A DNA stretch of 64,000 bases, from positions 15,756,655 to 15,820,654 of the forward strand of contig NC_134033.1 of the NCBI RefSeq assembly GCF_964204645.1, in the 5' to 3' direction. The stretch's first letter is position 1. Every line of letters starts with the position of its first letter. Made by a program: the position numbers and the translations under genes. This document shows, piece by piece, positions 60,001 to 64,000 of this stretch. The notes beneath the pieces were generated by a model. It worked only from the letters and a program-made list of their open reading frames with translations. It ran no database searches and was not told where the DNA came from. This DNA is from Tubulanus polymorphus (taxonomy: Eukaryota > Animalia > Nemertea).

Positions 60001-63000
60001 ACAGAGAACCAACACCAGCATTATTTCAATGATTCAACCACCATAAAGCTATCGATGGATAGCTGTTTTGAATATTTATACATTTAAAACGTAAAGTCGC
60101 AATAAGGACGATCACAAAACATGATCAGTCCCATTTCACCGACATATATTACAATATATACAATGTACCAACACCAGCGACATTTCAAAGATTCAACCAC
60201 CACAAAGCTATCGATGGATAGCTGCTTTGAATATTTATACATTTAAAACGTAAAGTCGCAATAAGGACAATCACAAAACATGATCAATCCCATTTCACCG
60301 ACATATATTACAATATATACAATGTACCAACACCAGCGACATTTCAAAGATTCAACCACCACAAAGCTATCGATGGATAGCTGCTTTGAATATTTATACA
60401 TTTAAAACGTAAAGTCGCAATAAGGACAATCACAAAACATGATCAATCCCATTTCACCGACATATATTACAATATATACAATGTACCAACACCAGCGACA
60501 TTTCAATGATTCAACCACCACAAAGCTATCGATGGATAGCTGTCTTGAACATTTATACATTTAAAATGTAAAGTCATAATGAGGATGATTAGGAAACATA
60601 ATCAATCCCAATTCACCGACATATATTACAATATATACACAGAACCAACACCAGCGACATTTCAATGATTCAGCCACCACAAAGCTATCGATGGATAGCT
60701 GTTTTGAATATTTATACATTTAAAACGCTAAGTCGCAAAAAAGACGATCACAAAATATGATCAATCCCATTTCACCGACATATATTACAATATATACAAT
60801 GTACCAACACCAGCGACATTTCAAAGATTCAACCACCACAAAGCTATCGATTGAAAGCTGTTTTGAATATTTATACATTTAAAACGTAAAGTCGCAATAA
60901 GGACAATCACAAAACATGATCAATCCCATTTCACCGACATATATTACAATATATACAATGTACCAACACCAGCGACATTTCAAAGATTCAACCACCACAA
61001 AGCTATCGATGGATAGCTGTTTTGAATATTCATATATTTAAAATGTTAAGTCGCAATAAGGACGATTAGGAAACATAATCAATCCCAATTCACCGACATA
61101 TATTACAATGTATACACAGAACCAACACCAGCGACATTTCAATGATTCAACCACCACAAAGCTATCGATGGATAGCTGTTTTGAATATTTATACATTTAA
61201 AACGTTAAGTCGCAATAAGGATGCTCAGGGAGCAAAACTCGCCAAAACTCAATATCACCCCATAACAGGGTGTATTAATTAACACGCAGCAGCAAGCAGC
61301 AGTATTTAAGGAGGTCATCAGTGTTTAACGCACTGACAATTCAGTTTGTAAGTCACGTTTCTACATGACAGTTGAAGAAGGAAGGAGGAGACTCCTGCAC
61401 TCAATATCACCCCTGAACAGAGTGTATTAATTAACACGCAGCAGCAAGCAGCAGTATTTAAGGAGGTCATCAGCGTTGTAACGCACTGACAATTCAGTTT
61501 GTAAGTCACGTTTCTACATGACAGTTGAAGAAGGAAGGAGGAGACTCCTGCACTCAATATCACCCCTGAACAGAGTGTATTTATTAACACGCAGCAGCAA
61601 GCAGCAGTATTAAAGGTGGTCATCAGTGTTGTAACACATTGACAATTCAGTTTGTTTGTCACGTTTCTACATGACAGTTGAAGAAGGAAGGAAGAGACTC
61701 CTGAACTCAATATCACCCCAAAACAGAGTGTATCAATTAACACCCAGCAGTAAGCAGCAGTTAAAGGAGGTCATCAGTGTTGTAACGCACTGACAATTCA
61801 GTTCCTTTGTCACGTTTCTACATGACAGTTGAAGAAGGATGGAGGAGACTCCTGAACACAATATCACCCCAAAACAGAGCCAGCAGCAAGCAGCAGTATT
61901 TAAGGAGGATGATTCATGATGTTATAATGTTTAATGTAATAATTCTTATTGTAATAATGTTTAATGTAATAATTCAAGAAGTTCATGGAAGGTGGTAAGA
62001 ATTAACACCCAGCAGCAAGCAGCAGTATTAAAGGAGGTCATCAGTGTTGTAACACACTGACAAATCAGTTCCTTTGTCACGTTTCTACATGACAGTTGAA
62101 GAAGGAAGGAGGAGACTCCTGCACTCAATATTACCCCAAAACAGAGCCAGCAGCAAGCAGCAGTATTTAAGGAGGGTGATTCATGATGTTATAATGTTTA
62201 ATGTAATAATTCTTATTGTAATAATGTTTAATGTAATAATTCAAGAAGTTCATGGAAGGTGGTAAGAATTAACACGCAGCAGCAAGCAGCAGTATTAAAG
62301 GAGATCATCAGTGTTGTAACGCACTGACAATTCAGTTCCTTTGTCACGTTTCTACATGACAGTTGAAGAAGGAAGGAGGAGACTCCTGACCTCAATATCA
62401 CCCCTGAACAGAGTGTATCAATTAAGCAGCAGTATTAAAGGAGGTCATCAGTGTTGTAACACACTGACAATTCTGTTTGTTTGTCACGTTTCTATATGAC
62501 AGTTAACAACCTTCAGGTCCAAGGAACCAAAGTAAAGCTATCAAACAATAGCATCTTTGAGTATAACACTTTTAAAATGCGTAATGTGATAATAATTTGC
62601 GGATACAGTATACACAGAGAACCAACACCAGCATTATTTCAATGATTCAACCACCATAAAGCTATCGATGGATAGCTGTTTTGAATATTTATACATTTAA
62701 AACGTAAAGTCGCAATAAGGACGATCACAAAACATGATCAGTCCCATTTCACCGACATATATTACAATATATACAATGTACCAACACCAGCGACATTTCA
62801 AAGATTCAACCACCACAAAGCTATCGATGGATAGCTGCTTTGAATATTTATACATTTAAAACGTAAAGTCGCAATAAGGACAATCACAAAACATGATCAA
62901 TCCCATTTCACCGACATATATTACAATATATACAATGTACCAACACTAGCGACATTTCAAAGATTCAACCACCACAAAGCTATCGATGGATAGCTGCTTT

Positions 63001-64000
63001 GAATATTTATACATTTAAAACGTAAAGTCGCAATAAGGACAATCACAAAACATGATCAATCCCATTTCACCGACATATATTACAATATATACAATGTACC
63101 AACACCAGCGACATTTCAATGATTCAACCACCACAAAGCTATCGATGGATAGCTGTTTTGAACATTTATACATTTAAAATGTAAAGTCATAATGAGGATG
63201 ATTAGGAAACATAATCAATCCCAATTCACCGACATATATTACAATATATACACAGAACCAACACCAGCGACATTTCAATGATTCAGCCACCACAAAGCTA
63301 TCGATGGATAGCTGTTTTGAATATTTATACATTTAAAACGCTAAGTCGCAAAAAAAACGATCACAAAATATGATCAATCCCATTTCACCGACATATATTA
63401 CAATATATACAATGTACCAACACCAGCGACATTTCAAAGATTCAACCACCACAAAGCTATCGATTGAAAGCTGTTTTGAATATTTATACATTTAAAACGT
63501 AAAGTCGCAATAAGGACAATCACAAAACATGATCAATCCCATTTCACCGACATATATTACAATATATACAATGTACCAACACCAGCGACATTTCAAAGAT
63601 TCAACCACCACAAAGCTATCGATGGATAGCTGTTTTGAATATTCATATATTTAAAATGTTAAGTCGCAATAAGGACGATTAGGAAACATAATCAATCCCA
63701 ATTCACCGACATATATTACAATGTATACACAGAACCAACACCAGCGACATTTCAATGATTCAACCACCACAAAGCTATCGATGGATAGCTGTTTTGAATA
63801 TTTATACATTTAAAACGTTAAGTCGCAATAAGGATGCTCAGGGAGCAAAACTCGCCAAAACTCAATATCACCCCATAACAGGGTGTATTAATTAACACGC
63901 AGCAGCAAGCAGCAGTATTTAAGGAGGTCATCAGTGTTTAACGCACTGACAATTCAGTTTGTAAGTCACGTTTCTACATGACAGTTGAAGAAGGAAGGAG
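57070..64000. repeat. Higher-order satellite, ~2613-bp period, alternating blocks of 159-bp (8 copies) and ~153-bp monomers; continues beyond the window
   Basis: ttaacaaccttcaggt at 57278, 59890 and 62503; aaagctatcgatggatagct every 159 bp; identical ORFs at 59194/61807 and 59461/62074. Confidence 0.97.

Overview
Eukaryotic (non-vertebrate animal, probably a marine bilaterian; inference) genomic DNA with GT-AG introns. In order: (1) two tandem 3-exon copies (offset 8779 bp, minus strand) of a ~1930-aa GRL101-like receptor with signal peptide, CUB, C-type lectin, LDLa, LRR and 7TM domains; (2) a C2H2 zinc-finger gene and CMC1 arranged head-to-head across ~215 bp; (3) a ~14 kb stretch with no recognisable gene, holding MITEs, LINE remnants, minisatellites and a (TA)n run; (4) intronless FAM43-like gene; (5) a 22-exon GH31 alpha-glucosidase with three N-terminal trefoil domains; (6) a GT11 alpha-1,2-fucosyltransferase-like gene; (7) an array of duplicated exon-intron modules with no continuous ORF; (8) a ~2613-bp higher-order satellite built from 153-bp and 159-bp monomers that runs off the right edge. 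The most notable hidden signal is a dispersed inverted-repeat family (5 copies) carrying a minimal type I hammerhead ribozyme motif, with one copy apparently intact at 45111-45157. All gene models were spliced by eye and no database search was run.
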